Below the pieces are notes generated by a model. The model was given only the letters and a program-made list of their open reading frames with translations, made no database searches and was not told where the DNA came from. From Podarcis vaucheri (taxonomy: Eukaryota): 64,000 nt of DNA. Positions 63,657 to 64,000 of the stretch are shown here, piece after piece. The position numbers were made by a program, and so were the translations under genes. Location of the stretch: assembly GCA_965113315.1 (NCBI GenBank), contig OZ220370.1. One strand, written 5' to 3'. Every line of letters begins with the position of its first letter. The first letter of the stretch is position 1.

Positions 63657-63830
63657 ATCCACACCTTACGTTTAAAGCACATTCAATGCACATGGTTTCC
63701 CCCAGAGAACCCTGAAAACTATAGTTTGTTAAAGAGGATGGGAACTGTACCTCTGTTAGGGGAAAACTACAGTTCTTGGGGACGACGACGCCGTGTGTGT
63801 GGAACGTGCTTTAAATGTATCGTGTGCATC
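63657..63830. mobile_element. Palindromic MITE-like repeat in ZADH2 intron 1
   Basis: atccacacc...tttaaagcaca ... cgtgctttaaatgtatcgtgtgcat inverted ends; a related partial copy lies at about 33080-33210. Confidence 0.65.
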
Positions 63831-64000
63831 TGCTGATCTGAAAGTTGTATGCGACGGGAGAGTTCAGGAAGGGAGTTCAGCAACCAGGAAATGATTTCCA
63901 AGTCCCGCCCAGATTTCTGCCTGCAAATGTTTGTTCCATGTTCCTACAACTGTCACTGTGTGTGTGTGTGTGTGTGTCCGTGTGTTCTCATGAGCGAGCG

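Larger units (their letters stand above)
63184..64000 (+). other. PTGR3: ZADH2/PTGR3 intron 1 (partial)
   Basis: Begins GTGAGA; no further ZADH2 coding sequence is seen in the window. Confidence 0.85.

Overview
Vertebrate genomic DNA, very likely from a squamate (probably lacertid) lizard, judged from its Sauria SINE, Squam3-like SINE, BovB/RTE, CR1 and L2 repeats. It covers the head-to-head TSHZ1 / ZADH2 (PTGR3) locus. TSHZ1 is on the minus strand. Its 40-nt first coding segment (MPRRKQQAPRRSA, 59111-59072) is too short for the ORF track, and everything from 59071 down to position 1 is its large first intron. ZADH2/PTGR3 exon 1 (62885-63183) is on the plus strand, about 3.8 kb away, and each gene start sits in a CpG-rich island. 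The left part of the intron is rich in old and young transposons, including Tc1/mariner and hAT MITEs, SINEs, LINE 3' ends and a solo LTR. Between them, and increasingly toward the promoter, are repeat-free blocks dense in PBX-HOX, MEIS, TCF/LEF, RFX, SOX and FOX motifs that look like developmental enhancers. Seven N-runs of 139-444 nt lie in unique, often motif-rich sequence and may hide the most conserved cores. The main leads are (i) this enhancer array and the N-blocks, (ii) an ATG-initiated poly-Ala/poly-Gly ORF overlapping the TSHZ1 start out of frame, (iii) a presequence-like N-terminal extension with a second in-frame Met in ZADH2, and (iv) a strong CTCF motif in ZADH2 intron 1 pointing toward TSHZ1. 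No alignments or database searches were run. Gene and repeat-family names are by recognition, and enhancer calls are inferences.
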